A DNA stretch of 64,000 nt from an uncultured Clostridia bacterium (lineage in GTDB: Bacteria > Bacillota > Clostridia > Oscillospirales > Ruminococcaceae): positions 33,335 through 97,334 of the forward strand of contig CANQUM010000004.1 of assembly GCA_947627045.1 (NCBI GenBank), read 5' to 3'. Below are positions 8,972 to 18,995 of the stretch, piece by piece; the first letter of the stretch is position 1; every line of letters begins with the position of its first letter. The position numbers and the translations under genes are program-made. The notes below the pieces were generated by a model. The model was not told where the DNA came from, did not search any database, and saw only the letters and a program-made list of their open reading frames with translations.

Positions 8972-11290
8972 TCACTTTGTTTTTAAAGTTAGCTCGGGTT
9001 TTCCGTCATTTGACTTGAGTGTTTTTGTCGTCAGCTTGATATTTGTGGTTTCAATCTTAAGCTCGTCGATAAGAAGTTCGGCTATTTTATCCTCTACCTC
9101 GCTTCTTATAACTCTCCTGATGTCTCTTGCGCCCAGCTTCTGATTATAAGACTTATGAGCAATATACTCGCACGCTGACCTGTCATAGCTGAATTCAATT
9201 CCCTTTTCTGCTAAAGGCTCCTTCATCTCATCAAGCATAAGCGCTGCAATATCAGCGTAATTATCCTCAGTTAGCGGATTAAATACGACGATTTCATCGA
9301 CTCTTCCCAGAAACTCAGGCTTTAAAAAATCTCTGAGCCCTTTCATTGCCTTATCCTTTGAGATCTGATAATCTGACTTGTTAAATCCAACTCCTGTATC
9401 CTTCAAAGCTGAACCTGCGTTAGAGGTCATTACTATAACCGTATTTTCAAATGAAACCGTTCTGCCCTGAGCATCAGTCAGCTTTCCCTCGTCAAGAAGC
9501 TGAAGCATAATATTCATTACATCAGGGTGAGCCTTTTCAATTTCATCAAATAATACTACAGAGTACGGACGGCGTCTTACTTTTTCGGTAAGCTGCCCTG
9601 CCTCGTCATATCCTACATATCCCGGAGGTGAACCTATAAGCTTAGATACACTGTGCTTTTCCATATACTCCGACATATCAACTCTTATAATAGGCTCGGT
9701 TGCGTCAAACAAAGTCTCTCCCAAAACTTTTACAAGTTCGGTCTTTCCCACTCCGGTTGGACCGACAAATATAAATGATGCCGGTCTGCGGCGTTTTGAT
9801 AACTGAATCCTCGACCTTTTTATTGCCCTTGCTACAGCGTCACAAGCCTCATTTTGACCTATAATTCTTCTTTCTAACTCATCTTTCAGATTTCTTATCT
9901 TTGTATACTCAGACTCTACAACCTTATTTGCGGGAATCCCTGTCCAAAGTTCTATAACCTTAGATAAATCTTCTTCTGTTACTCTTACATTATCAACCTC
10001 TTGCGCCAAAGTCTTTTCCTTTTCTTCAAGCCTCATTATATCAGCCTTTATCTTTGCTATCTTCTCGTAATCAGGACTTTCTTCTTTTTCTGCCTCTTCT
10101 TCTCGCTCTTTTAGCTTGGCAAGTTCAGCCTTGACAGTTTCATATTTTTCAATTTCAGGGCTCCTTATACTGCAGCATGCGCACGCCTCGTCAAGAAGGT
10201 CTATAGCCTTATCAGGCAGATACCTGTCGTTTATATACCTCTCTGATAAAACTGCACACATTCTTAAAGTTCCGTCATCGATCTTTACTTTATGATGGTT
10301 TTCATAATATTTTCTGATACCGTTTAAAAGCTCAATCGAATCAGCCAGAGTAGGCTCGTTTACCGTTACAGGCTGAAAACGACGTTCAAGTGCCGCGTCC
10401 TTTTCAATATACTTTCTGTACTCTTTGAAGGTCGTTGCGCCTATTACCTGGATTTCTCCTCTCGAAAGTGCAGGCTTGAGAATGTTTGCCGCATTCATAG
10501 TACCCTCGCTGTCTCCTGTTCCTACAAGATTGTGAATCTCATCAATGAACAGAATTATATTTCCCTGAGCCTTTACCTCCTCTACTAGCCCCTTGCAGCG
10601 CGACTCAAATTGCCCTCTGAACTGAGTTCCTGCAACAAGAGAAGTAAGATCAAGAAGATAAACCTCTTTATTGCGGATATGGAAAGGTACATCGCCGGAT
10701 ACAATCTTTTGCGCAATGCCCTCCGATATTGCAGTCTTTCCTACACCCGGCTCTCCGATAAGACACGGATTGTTTTTCTGACGCCTTGACAAAATCTGAA
10801 TTACACGTGCAATTTCCTTATCACGTCCGATAATATTATCAAGCTCATTATTCCTTGCACGCTCGGTAAGATTTGTACAGTAATTATTAAGGTATTTCAG
10901 CTTCTTTTTCTTTTCTTCTTTTTCCCTCTCTTTAGCTCTGTTCTGCCTTTTCTTTTTCTTTATATCATCAACAGTATAGCTGTCATCATCAGAATTTTTC
11001 ATTCCGTTTTCTGAAGGAATACTTCCAAAAAAGTTATTTATAAAGTTTGGAAGCATATCGCTTCCGCCAAGCTGAAAGTCCTCACCGTCGTTTATATCCA
11101 TAAGCTGATCTGAAAAGTTTTCCAGATCTTCTTCTGTTATTCCCATTGATTTCATATAGTCATCAACCTGGGTGATTCCTATTTCCTTTGCACAAACAAG
11201 ACACAGTCCCTCGTTCTTTTTTTCATCGCCCTGCATTGCTGTAATGAATACAACGGCCGGTCTTTTTTTGCATCTGGTACACATCATCAT
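8972..11290 (-). CDS. clpE: ATP-dependent Clp protease ATP-binding subunit, ClpE-like (N-terminal zinc ribbon, two AAA+ modules)
   Basis: 772 aa. CTRC..x24..CLVC zinc-ribbon-like N-terminus. Walker A motifs GEPGVGKT and GPTGVGKT. Short coiled-coil middle domain. A VGF tripeptide in D2, consistent with ClpP docking. Confidence 0.8.
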   Translation of the reverse strand: MMMCTRCKKRPAVVFITAMQGDEKKNEGLCLVCAKEIGITQVDDYMKSMGITEEDLENFSDQLMDINDGEDFQLGGSDMLPNFINNFFGSIPSENGMKNSDDDSYTVDDIKKKKRQNRAKEREKEEKKKKLKYLNNYCTNLTERARNNELDNIIGRDKEIARVIQILSRRQKNNPCLIGEPGVGKTAISEGIAQKIVSGDVPFHIRNKEVYLLDLTSLVAGTQFRGQFESRCKGLVEEVKAQGNIILFIDEIHNLVGTGDSEGTMNAANILKPALSRGEIQVIGATTFKEYRKYIEKDAALERRFQPVTVNEPTLADSIELLNGIRKYYENHHKVKIDDGTLRMCAVLSERYINDRYLPDKAIDLLDEACACCSIRSPEIEKYETVKAELAKLKEREEEAEKEESPDYEKIAKIKADIMRLEEKEKTLAQEVDNVRVTEEDLSKVIELWTGIPANKVVESEYTKIRNLKDELERRIIGQNEACDAVARAIKRSRIQLSKRRRPASFIFVGPTGVGKTELVKVLGETLFDATEPIIRVDMSEYMEKHSVSKLIGSPPGYVGYDEAGQLTEKVRRRPYSVVLFDEIEKAHPDVMNIMLQLLDEGKLTDAQGRTVSFENTVIVMTSNAGSALKDTGVGFNKSDYQISKDKAMKGLRDFLKPEFLGRVDEIVVFNPLTEDNYADIAALMLDEMKEPLAEKGIEFSYDRSACEYIAHKSYNQKLGARDIRRVIRSEVEDKIAELLIDELKIETTNIKLTTKTLKSNDGKPELTLKTK

Positions 11291-11360
11291 TGATTTTTGC
11301 CATCCTTTCTATATGTTGTTCTATGATAATGCTTGAGGCATAAGCCTCTTCAGTAAAAAT

Positions 11361-12245
11361 CTAATTAAGTATATCGTTTAATAATCTCAAAAAAACTGAA
11401 TTGTTTATTGTCTGTTCGCTTAATCCAAATGAACTTCCCAATTTGGTCAGCGATAACATAGGAAATATAATACTTACAAATGCAGTTATCAGCATAACTA
11501 CAATAAGTCCTTTAACTGCTCCCAATACTCCTCCCAATACCGTATTTATACCGCCTGACTCTTTGTTTTTTCCTATTCTTGCAACAGTAACGATTATTCT
11601 GAGTACTATCCAAATTACGATAACGCTAAGAACAAACAAAATAGCTCTTAGTGCAGTTAATATAATAGGTTCTAAAGCAATCTCTGTTATCTCTTCGGCA
11701 GCTTCAGCCTTGTCTGGCTTAGCGAAAGAACGCAGCATATCTCCAAACATTTGAGGATCATTCGATGCAGCAGATTCAAAAGCAGGTATAATATATGAAG
11801 GAAGAGATTTTTCCACCTCGCTTTTCACAGCTTCATCTTCAAAAAAAGAATTGATTTTCTCCGATATAAAACTGCTTGAAATCGGTATACCCTTAGATTC
11901 AGCATAATCTGATATGTTTTCAGATATATCGCCGTTCTCACCAAGAGCCTCCTCAATTTCACTGTCGCTTACTTCAAGCCCCAAACTGTTGTTAAATAGC
12001 TTTTTATTCACAAGTTCTGCAACATCAAATTTCTCTATCGGACCTTTTACACTGTTTACAACCCTATTTTTCATATAATCATCGTAAACAGGCTCAGTTA
12101 TTAAGCCGGAAACCACATAACCAATCAAAAGAGACAAGATTAACACTGTAAATAATACAATGCTTCTTATAATTCCCCTCTTAGCACCGGATATGCAAAA
12201 TAATATTACTATTATAAGCATTATAAGGTCATATAAAAGTCCCAA
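11361..12245 (-). CDS. CvpA-family membrane protein
   Basis: 294 aa. N-terminus LYDLIMLIIVILFCISGAKRGIIRS is typical of CvpA. Multiple TM helices. Confidence 0.6.
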   Translation of the reverse strand: MGLLYDLIMLIIVILFCISGAKRGIIRSIVLFTVLILSLLIGYVVSGLITEPVYDDYMKNRVVNSVKGPIEKFDVAELVNKKLFNNSLGLEVSDSEIEEALGENGDISENISDYAESKGIPISSSFISEKINSFFEDEAVKSEVEKSLPSYIIPAFESAASNDPQMFGDMLRSFAKPDKAEAAEEITEIALEPIILTALRAILFVLSVIVIWIVLRIIVTVARIGKNKESGGINTVLGGVLGAVKGLIVVMLITAFVSIIFPMLSLTKLGSSFGLSEQTINNSVFLRLLNDILN

Positions 12246-12274
12246 TTTAAAATTCCTCTCTTGTTTTCATTACA

Positions 12275-13462
12275 TTAATATTTGAATTCTATCTTATTTA
12301 TATCTCTGTAGCCCATAAAGAAAATATTTCCGTTTATATATATAAAATCAACATAATCATTTTTTACATCTGCTTTTGAAATTGACTTTCCCCTTGCATT
12401 ATATGCAGAAATCGTTTTGTCAGACAAAACAAATGTGTGAGACAAATATGTTTTTATCGTCTTTACTTTTTCATCTATAATTATCTCTGCAGGTTCCGAG
12501 TCTGATTCTATTAAAACAAGCCTTGATGTTCCATCTTCGCTAACACTCTTAAAAGCAATAGACAAATTATCAGCATTTGATGAAAAGTCAATAAGCTCTG
12601 ATTCATATAAATATTCTTTCTCTATTTTCCCATCTGACGACAGCTTTACATATCTGTCCTGACAAACTGCCCAGATACTGTTGTCGCTCATTTTCTGCAC
12701 GCCATATACAAGCGAATTTATTTTATCACTTGTAAACAACTGTTGATCTGAACTGAATCTTATTCCGTTCAATGTCGTTACAGGAAGACCGCCCTCAGCA
12801 TTCAAAGTTGAAACTATTGCTCCGGCGCCCGAAGAAATAAAGTCAACGCTTAATATTCTCTGACCGTTTGCCCATTTATAACATTCGTTGCCCTTGCTGT
12901 CGTAAACTGTCAGATATGAAGGGTATTTGTCTGTTTCTGTAACAACAGCAACATAGTTGCTTTCGCTTATTTTAGCACTTATAATAACGTTGTCAAGTGT
13001 TTTTTTGAAAACTTCACCCTTTTTTGTCATTACAGAAAATGAGTATCCGTTTAAATCATATGCCAAAACCATATTTGATGATGCTGACAGTCTGGGATTT
13101 GACAAGATATGCTGAATTGAATTAATTTTATCCGCATTTTTTTTATAAAATGTTATATAAGTATCGGTCGCAACTACTAAATCCTCATCACATTCGGTAA
13201 ATGTTGATGAAGTAGAACCTTCTCCCAAACTGATCGGGAATTTGCCGCTTGCAAGCTCTCCGTCATTGACAATAGTCTCCTGGGTTTTTTCCATTATATC
13301 GTAAACAATTGGCGACCATATTCCTTTTGTAAAAAATATTAACGCCGCTAATATCAGAATCACTCCGACCAGTACTATCTTTTTCAGATTCTGCACTAGC
13401 TTTTTCTTTCTTCTTTCTTTTCTTATGTCCGTCTGAAACGGCTTTTGCGGCTCATTTTCCAT
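12275..13462 (-). CDS. Membrane-anchored hypothetical protein (DUF5711-like, probably beta-propeller-like)
   Basis: Basic N-terminus, one TM helix and a long beta-rich ectodomain. Start set at the ATG after the AAGGAAGTGA RBS. Confidence 0.5.
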   Translation of the reverse strand: MENEPQKPFQTDIRKERRKKKLVQNLKKIVLVGVILILAALIFFTKGIWSPIVYDIMEKTQETIVNDGELASGKFPISLGEGSTSSTFTECDEDLVVATDTYITFYKKNADKINSIQHILSNPRLSASSNMVLAYDLNGYSFSVMTKKGEVFKKTLDNVIISAKISESNYVAVVTETDKYPSYLTVYDSKGNECYKWANGQRILSVDFISSGAGAIVSTLNAEGGLPVTTLNGIRFSSDQQLFTSDKINSLVYGVQKMSDNSIWAVCQDRYVKLSSDGKIEKEYLYESELIDFSSNADNLSIAFKSVSEDGTSRLVLIESDSEPAEIIIDEKVKTIKTYLSHTFVLSDKTISAYNARGKSISKADVKNDYVDFIYINGNIFFMGYRDINKIEFKY

Positions 13463-13567
13463 AACGCTTTCACTTCCTTTTTTCCAAATTACCGCCGTCG
13501 GCACTGCCTACATCTTGCTTCTTGTATCTACCCTTTGCCTTTGCGGTCATCTGTTTTTAGCACCACT

Positions 13568-14308
13568 CTAATAGTAGACTTTATTTAAGTACAATCCGTT
13601 TGCAGAAGCAGTTCTGCCAGCGAATTTTCTGTCTCTTTTTTCTAAGATTTCGGGTATTTCCGACTCGTCTATTTTTCCCTCGTTTACAAATAACAGCGTT
13701 CCGACCATTATTCTCACCATATTGTATAAAAATCCGTCGCCTGAAACTGTCATTATTATTTTATCACCGTCACGCTCCACATCAAATTTATGTATGGTTC
13801 TGACTGTGTTTTCCTTTTCATCTGCACTTGAGCAAAAGCTCCTGAAATCATGCGTACCTACAAAGTGCTTAGCAGCCCTGTCAAGAAGTCCTTCATCAAT
13901 GGGGTACCAGTATTTATATATTCTTGTTCTCATAAACGGGTCTTTAATCTCACTGTTGTGAATTAGATATTTATACTCTTTTCCAATACAGTCATATCTA
14001 GCGTGAAAGCTCTCATCAACCTCTTCACAGCTAAGTATCGCAATATCATCGGGCAGCTTTGAATTGAGCCCGAAGATAATTCCCCTTGAATCTATATTTA
14101 TGTCTTTATCAGGCTGAAATGAGAAATAATACTCGTTTGCATGAACTCCTGTATCGGTTCTTGAACAGCCGAAGATAGTTATTTTCTGCAAAAAGAGCAT
14201 TTCCAGTGCTTTTTCTACAACCTCCTGAACAGAAAGAGCATTATCCTGTCTTTGAAAACCGTGATATGCACTTCCGTCATATGCCATTTTAACCTTGTAA
14301 TTTTTCAT
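13568..14308 (-). CDS. truA: tRNA pseudouridine(38-40) synthase
   Basis: 246 aa. YDGSAYHGFQRQ and the catalytic GCSRTDTGVHA motif. Confidence 0.9.
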   Translation of the reverse strand: MKNYKVKMAYDGSAYHGFQRQDNALSVQEVVEKALEMLFLQKITIFGCSRTDTGVHANEYYFSFQPDKDINIDSRGIIFGLNSKLPDDIAILSCEEVDESFHARYDCIGKEYKYLIHNSEIKDPFMRTRIYKYWYPIDEGLLDRAAKHFVGTHDFRSFCSSADEKENTVRTIHKFDVERDGDKIIMTVSGDGFLYNMVRIMVGTLLFVNEGKIDESEIPEILEKRDRKFAGRTASANGLYLNKVYY

Positions 14309-14312
14309 TTTA

Positions 14313-15116
14313 TCATATTATCCTGTTTATTAAAATTACTCCCGCTAAAAATAAAACTGTAACAATCAAAGCGGCAAAATCCCTTGCAGCAATATGAAGC
14401 TGTTTTAGCCTTGTTCTTCCCTCTCCGCCGTGATAACAGCGGCACTCCATAGCCATTGCAAGCTCCTCTGCACGGCGAAATGCAGAAACAAAAAGCGGTA
14501 TCAATATAGGTACAAGCGCTTTTGCCCTGTGAATAAGCGAGCCAGTTTCCATATCAGCACCTCTTGCCTTCTGTGCCGACATTATCTTGTCTGTTTCCTC
14601 AATAAGAGTAGGTATAAATCGTAAAGCTATAGTCATCATCATGGAAAGCTCATGTACGGGTACCTTAATCTTTTTTAACGGCGATAATAGACGCTCTATA
14701 GCATCGGTAAGTGCAATAGGCGACGTTGTGTATGTTAATAGAGACGTTCCTATTATCAAACAAACTATCCTGACAACCATAAAAATTGACGTCTTAACTC
14801 CGCCGGTCGTAATTTTTATTATCCAAAAGTGCAAAAGCGTATCTCCTGTATTAATAAAAAACAAATTCAAAACAGCAGTGAAAATTATGATCGGAATAAT
14901 TGGCTTTATGCTTTTTGCCATAAGTCTGAGCGGGATTTGAGAAATCAAAAATGCACCTAGCATAAATATTATTCCAACTGAAAGCGCCAGGATTGATCTT
15001 GCCATAAACAAAAGTACAATAAATATTCCTGTCAGAATAATTTTCATTCTTGGGTCTAATCGGTGAACAACTGATTTGCCCGGAAAAAACTGTCCTATTG
15101 TAATATCCTTTAGCAA
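14313..15116 (-). CDS. ecfT: Energy-coupling-factor transporter transmembrane subunit
   Basis: 267 aa polytopic protein with VHRLDPRMKI and the ARGAD coupling-helix motif. Lies in an ecfA/truA neighbourhood. Confidence 0.85.
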   Translation of the reverse strand: MLKDITIGQFFPGKSVVHRLDPRMKIILTGIFIVLLFMARSILALSVGIIFMLGAFLISQIPLRLMAKSIKPIIPIIIFTAVLNLFFINTGDTLLHFWIIKITTGGVKTSIFMVVRIVCLIIGTSLLTYTTSPIALTDAIERLLSPLKKIKVPVHELSMMMTIALRFIPTLIEETDKIMSAQKARGADMETGSLIHRAKALVPILIPLFVSAFRRAEELAMAMECRCYHGGEGRTRLKQLHIAARDFAALIVTVLFLAGVILINRII

Positions 15117-15174
15117 ATCATTTCACCTCTTGTAAATTTATTTCTTTATGCTTCAAATTACTTTCCTCGCAATA

Positions 15175-16215
15175 TTATAATGTAGTCTGACCGTCTTTAA
15201 GCAACCCAAGATGCTTATATGCAAGTTCGGTTGCACATCGTCCTCTGGGAGTTCTTGCAATAAATCCAAGCTGCATCAAATAAGGCTCGCATACATCCTC
15301 AATGGTAACAGCTTCTTCACCTATAGCCGACGCTAAAGTCTCAAGCCCTACAGGACCTCCGTTATAGCCTTTTATCATCATAGTAAGCAGACGGCGGTCA
15401 AGCCCGTCCAATCCTAAGTCGTCAACTTCCATTCTGTCAAGAGCGATCTTTACTATTTCCTTTGTAACCTTTCCGTTGCCCATTACGTCAGCATAATCAC
15501 GAACACGCTTTAAAAATCTGTTCGCAATTCTAGGCGTTCCCCTTGAACGGCTCGCAAGCTCATAAGCGCCTTCCTTGTCGCAGGCAACTCCCAAAATAAC
15601 AGACGAACGCATTATAATATCACAAAGCTCTTCCTTAGAATACAGCTCTAGCCTCTGTATAACTCCAAACCTATCACGAAGCGGCGATGTAAGCTGTCCT
15701 GCCCTTGTCGTTGCGCCAACAAGCGTGAACTTATTCAAATCAAGTCTGATACTTCTTGCACTAGGCCCCTTGCCGATAATTATATCAAGAGCAAAATCCT
15801 CAAGTGCAGGATATAAAACCTCCTCAATTGCTCTGGAAAGGCGATGTATCTCATCTATAAACAAAACGTCGCCTTCCTGGAGATTTGTCAAAAGCGCTGC
15901 CAAATCACCCGGCTTTTCAATAGCAGGACCTGAGGTAACTCTGAAATTCACTCCCATTTCGTGCGCTATTATCCCCGAAAGAGTCGTCTTTCCCAGTCCC
16001 GGTGGTCCGTATAAAAGTACATGGTCGAGAGTATCTCCTCGCTTTTTTGCAGCCTCAATATATATCTTTAAATTCTCTTTGACCATTTCTTGACCGATAT
16101 ATTCGTCAAGCGTCTTAGGTCTTAAATTCAAATCGACATCATCAGTAGTATCTGCCTTAATGACCTCCGGCGCAACTATTCTGTTTTCAAGGTCAAAATC
16201 ATTTGTTTCTATCAT
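15175..16215 (-). CDS. ruvB: Holliday junction branch-migration helicase RuvB
   Basis: 346 aa. [12 protein letters not shown], Walker [17 protein letters not shown]. Confidence 0.95.
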   Translation of the reverse strand: MIETNDFDLENRIVAPEVIKADTTDDVDLNLRPKTLDEYIGQEMVKENLKIYIEAAKKRGDTLDHVLLYGPPGLGKTTLSGIIAHEMGVNFRVTSGPAIEKPGDLAALLTNLQEGDVLFIDEIHRLSRAIEEVLYPALEDFALDIIIGKGPSARSIRLDLNKFTLVGATTRAGQLTSPLRDRFGVIQRLELYSKEELCDIIMRSSVILGVACDKEGAYELASRSRGTPRIANRFLKRVRDYADVMGNGKVTKEIVKIALDRMEVDDLGLDGLDRRLLTMMIKGYNGGPVGLETLASAIGEEAVTIEDVCEPYLMQLGFIARTPRGRCATELAYKHLGLLKDGQTTL

Positions 16216-16245
16216 AGCTATTCCTTTCTTTTATATGAAAGCTGT

Positions 16246-17118
16246 TTACACCTGCTTGTTAAGCATCTTCATTATCAGTTTTTTGCCGTACTCAACCGTA
16301 TAAACATCATCATTAATAGGTATTCCCATTGCCTTTAAGCGATTAAAAACCTTAGTAACCTGCGGAACAGACAACCCCATATCTTCAAGCTCGTCTGCTC
16401 TTTTGAAAACATTAACAGGAGCGTCATAGCAAAACAACTTTGAATTGTTCATAACAAGTATCTTTGTAGCATTTTTTGCAACGTCCTCCATTGAGTGAGA
16501 TACAAGCATTACCGTGTTTTTCTTTTCCTCGTGATACTCCTTTATCTGACCTAATATCCTGTCTCTGCCCTTTGGGTCAAGCCCTGCGGTAGGCTCGTCA
16601 AGAATAAGAACCTTAGGCTCCATCGCCATAACTCCTGCAATAGCGGCTCTGCGCTTTTGTCCGCCTGAAAGCTCAAACGGCGACTTTTCTAAAATACTCT
16701 CGTCAAGCCCTACAAGCCTTGCAGTTTCCTTTATTCGTCTGTCTATCTCATCATCATCAAGACCCATATTCTTAGGTCCGAACGATATATCCTTATAAAC
16801 TGTTTCCTCAAAAAGCTGGTATTCAGGGTACTGAAAAACTAAGCCTACCTTAAATCTCATTTCTCTCAGCTTTTTCTTATCGTCCCAAAGCAGCTCCTCA
16901 TTATCTATAAAAACTCTTCCGCTAGTCGCCTTGAGCAGACCGTTAAAGTGCTGTATCAAAGTCGACTTTCCGCTTCCTGTATGCCCGATAACTCCGACGA
17001 ACTCGCCTTCGTCTATATCTATACTCACATTGTCTACGGCAGTATGCTCAAACGGAGTTTTCTCACCGTAAACGTATGTTAAATTCTCTGTTTTTATAAT
17101 TGATATTTTAATCACCAA
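16246..17118 (-). CDS. ecfA2: ECF transporter ATPase subunit EcfA2
   Basis: ABC motifs GHTGSGKST, LSGGQKRR, ILDEPTAGLD. Non-ATG start (TTG or GTG). Confidence 0.85.
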   Translation of the reverse strand: MVIKISIIKTENLTYVYGEKTPFEHTAVDNVSIDIDEGEFVGVIGHTGSGKSTLIQHFNGLLKATSGRVFIDNEELLWDDKKKLREMRFKVGLVFQYPEYQLFEETVYKDISFGPKNMGLDDDEIDRRIKETARLVGLDESILEKSPFELSGGQKRRAAIAGVMAMEPKVLILDEPTAGLDPKGRDRILGQIKEYHEEKKNTVMLVSHSMEDVAKNATKILVMNNSKLFCYDAPVNVFKRADELEDMGLSVPQVTKVFNRLKAMGIPINDDVYTVEYGKKLIMKMLNKQV

Positions 17119-17128
17119 TCCTGTATAC

Positions 17129-17330
17129 TAATTAATTTGTATGATTTTTTATGGTAAGCCCTCTCTTGCAGGGCTTCCCCTCTTTAAAAACAGTCCGTTT
17201 GACTGTTTTTAAATTCACCCCTTTCGGAGCGTACTGCGTAAGGGGTATTTCGCTGACGGCTCGTCAGCGACAGGGCTCCGCCCTTGACCCGCAAGCCTAA
17301 AGGCTTGACCGAAAACTTTTAAATTAATTA
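17129..17330. repeat. GC-rich multi-hairpin insert bounded by 10-bp terminal inverted repeats (MITE/REP-like or structured RNA)
   Basis: TAATTAATTT (17129-17138) and AAATTAATTA (17321-17330). Internal hairpins at 17156-17176, 17186-17210, 17217-17246, 17251-17269 and 17292-17307. GC content is far above the surrounding intergenic DNA. Confidence 0.5.
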
Positions 17331-18178
17331 AAAAGTGCTCTAATCGCCTCAACACATTCGTCCTCTGTAATTATCTCTGAATCAATACTTATACCCTCGT
17401 CAATAAGCATATGCGTAAGCTCGGTTACCTGAGGAACATCAAGACCTATATTCTTAAGCTCCTCAACTCTTGAAAACACCTTTTTCGGAGTGTCGTTCAT
17501 AACAATTTCTCCGCTGTCCATAACAACAACCCTCTCAGCCTGTGCCGCTTCGTCCATATAGTGCGTTATAAGCACTATTGTAACTCCGAACTCCTTATTG
17601 AGCATTTTAATCGTCTTTAAAACCTCTTTTCGTCCGTTCGGGTCAAGCATTGCGGTAGGCTCGTCCAGTAAAATACAACTGGGGCGCATAGCGAGTATCC
17701 CTGCTATTGCTACCCTCTGCTTTTGCCCTCCCGACAGCTTGTGAGGTGCGTGTTCACGATACTCATACATACCGACTGTCTTCAAAGCGTCGTCAACACG
17801 TCTTCTGATCTCATTTGGCTCTACGCCCATATTCTCAAGTGCAAAAGCAACGTCCTCCTCAACGATCGTAGCGACTATCTGATTGTCGGGGTTTTGGAAA
17901 ACCATTCCCACCGACTGTCGAATATCAAGCAAATGCTCTTCATCTTTGGTGTTATAACCGTTGACGATTACGTCTCCCTCCTCAGGTATGTTTATACCGT
18001 TAAAGCACTTCACCAGAGTAGATTTTCCACTACCGTTATGACCAAGCACCGCAACAAATTCGCCTCTTTCAACAGAAAAATTCAAGTTGCGAAACACCGT
18101 TGTCTTTTTAGCACTCTCATTTTCATCAAAATCATTTATATACGAAAAGGTTATATTTTTAGCTTCTAAAAAACTCAT
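17324..18178 (-). CDS. ecfA1: ECF transporter ATPase subunit EcfA1
   Basis: ABC motifs [27 protein letters not shown]. Start set at the ATG preceded by a GGAGA RBS. Confidence 0.85.
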   Translation of the reverse strand: MSFLEAKNITFSYINDFDENESAKKTTVFRNLNFSVERGEFVAVLGHNGSGKSTLVKCFNGINIPEEGDVIVNGYNTKDEEHLLDIRQSVGMVFQNPDNQIVATIVEEDVAFALENMGVEPNEIRRRVDDALKTVGMYEYREHAPHKLSGGQKQRVAIAGILAMRPSCILLDEPTAMLDPNGRKEVLKTIKMLNKEFGVTIVLITHYMDEAAQAERVVVMDSGEIVMNDTPKKVFSRVEELKNIGLDVPQVTELTHMLIDEGISIDSEIITEDECVEAIRALFN

Positions 18179-18200
18179 ATTTGTCTCCATTAAATATTTA

Positions 18201-18611
18201 TCAGCACTCTGTATGCTTCCACGCAAACGGAAGCAAGTCCTTTATGCAAACCTTTATAAGATTTCCGTCATCATCATTTAGAATAACTTTTATACCTGGA
18301 CTATACTCAATCAACATTTGACGGCAGTTTCCGCAAGGAAAAATTACTGAATTTACAGAGTGCTCATTAACAGCAACTATGGTGTCAAATTCCCGTTCGC
18401 CTGCCGATATAGCAGTACCGATCGTGATGTACTCAGCACAAGAACCGTGAATTCCGTCGCAGTTTACGCCTTTATATACCTTGCCGTTCCTGCATCTGAG
18501 TGCACAACCGACAGTATGGTGATATATATTATCATCAAAATTCTCAGCCAAAACTTTTAGTGCTGTTTGTATAAGCTCCCTGTCAGAATCGGTTATATCG
18601 TAGAAGATCAT
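18201..18611 (-). CDS. cdd: Cytidine deaminase
   Basis: 136 aa. Zinc ligand motifs CAE and PCGNCRQ. AGGAG RBS. Confidence 0.85.
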   Translation of the reverse strand: MIFYDITDSDRELIQTALKVLAENFDDNIYHHTVGCALRCRNGKVYKGVNCDGIHGSCAEYITIGTAISAGEREFDTIVAVNEHSVNSVIFPCGNCRQMLIEYSPGIKVILNDDDGNLIKVCIKDLLPFAWKHTEC

Positions 18612-18632
18612 AATATATCACTCCTATTCACA

Positions 18633-18995
18633 TTAAATTCGACCCGCCATTTATCAAACTATCCTTTATCAGCAAACTCCCCAAAGGCGGAACCGAATAC
18701 AACCTTACAACAATGAAGGGTTCTATTAAAAGTAAAATCCCGCCGTTGTGCATTGTCTAACATTTAGCAAACCATAATAGGCGACTCACCGTACAGACGC
18801 TTATCATTATTATTCTTTACTTCAAAGTAAAGCCCGCCGTTGTACAAAGTGATACATTATGCAAACTACCCAAAGTCGGCTTCTTGTGCAGGGGCTTGCC
18901 TTGTATTATATATAATACTGTCAAAATTCGACCCGCCGTTTATCAAACTATCCTAATACTTGATTACTCCCCAAAGGCGGCACTGGATGCAACGT
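18633..18995. repeat. Four tandem ~95-bp degenerate repeats, each with a CCCGCC...GGCGG-type long-range inverted pair
   Basis: CCCGCC anchors at 18643, 18739, 18833 and 18932. The outer units share 30/31 nt (aaattcgacccgccRtttatcaaactatcct) and 15/15 nt (actccccaaaggcgg). The inner units keep gcaaac..c.aa.g.cg. Confidence 0.7.

Noticed and set aside
15575-16093. Long antisense ORFs in the track: 172 aa opposite ruvB, 186 aa at 38359-38919 opposite degV, 148 aa at 17723-18169 opposite ecfA1, 141 aa at 27519-27944, 155 aa at 62504-62971, 143 aa at 41043-41474, and others.
   Set aside because: Each lies wholly inside a well-supported gene on the other strand. They have low-complexity Ser/Pro/Ile-rich translations, no RBS and no family resemblance. 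These are typical shadow ORFs.
17245-17275. A hammerhead-ribozyme-like string on the minus strand: CUGACGA ... GAAA within CGCUGACGAGCCGUCAGCGAAAU.
   Set aside because: The 9 nt between the two boxes can form only a 2-bp stem II. The sequence is better explained as the simple hairpin CGCUGAC/GUCAGCG. The triplet after the would-be stem III is GUG (H cannot be G). No complementary stem I exists.
18633-18995. The tandem repeat array as a CRISPR array or a type III toxin-antitoxin (ToxI-like) repeat.
   Set aside because: Units are ~95 bp and degenerate across their whole length, rather than 28-37-bp identical repeats with unique spacers. There are no cas genes. The downstream gene is an ordinary cytidine deaminase, not a ToxN/AbiE-type toxin.
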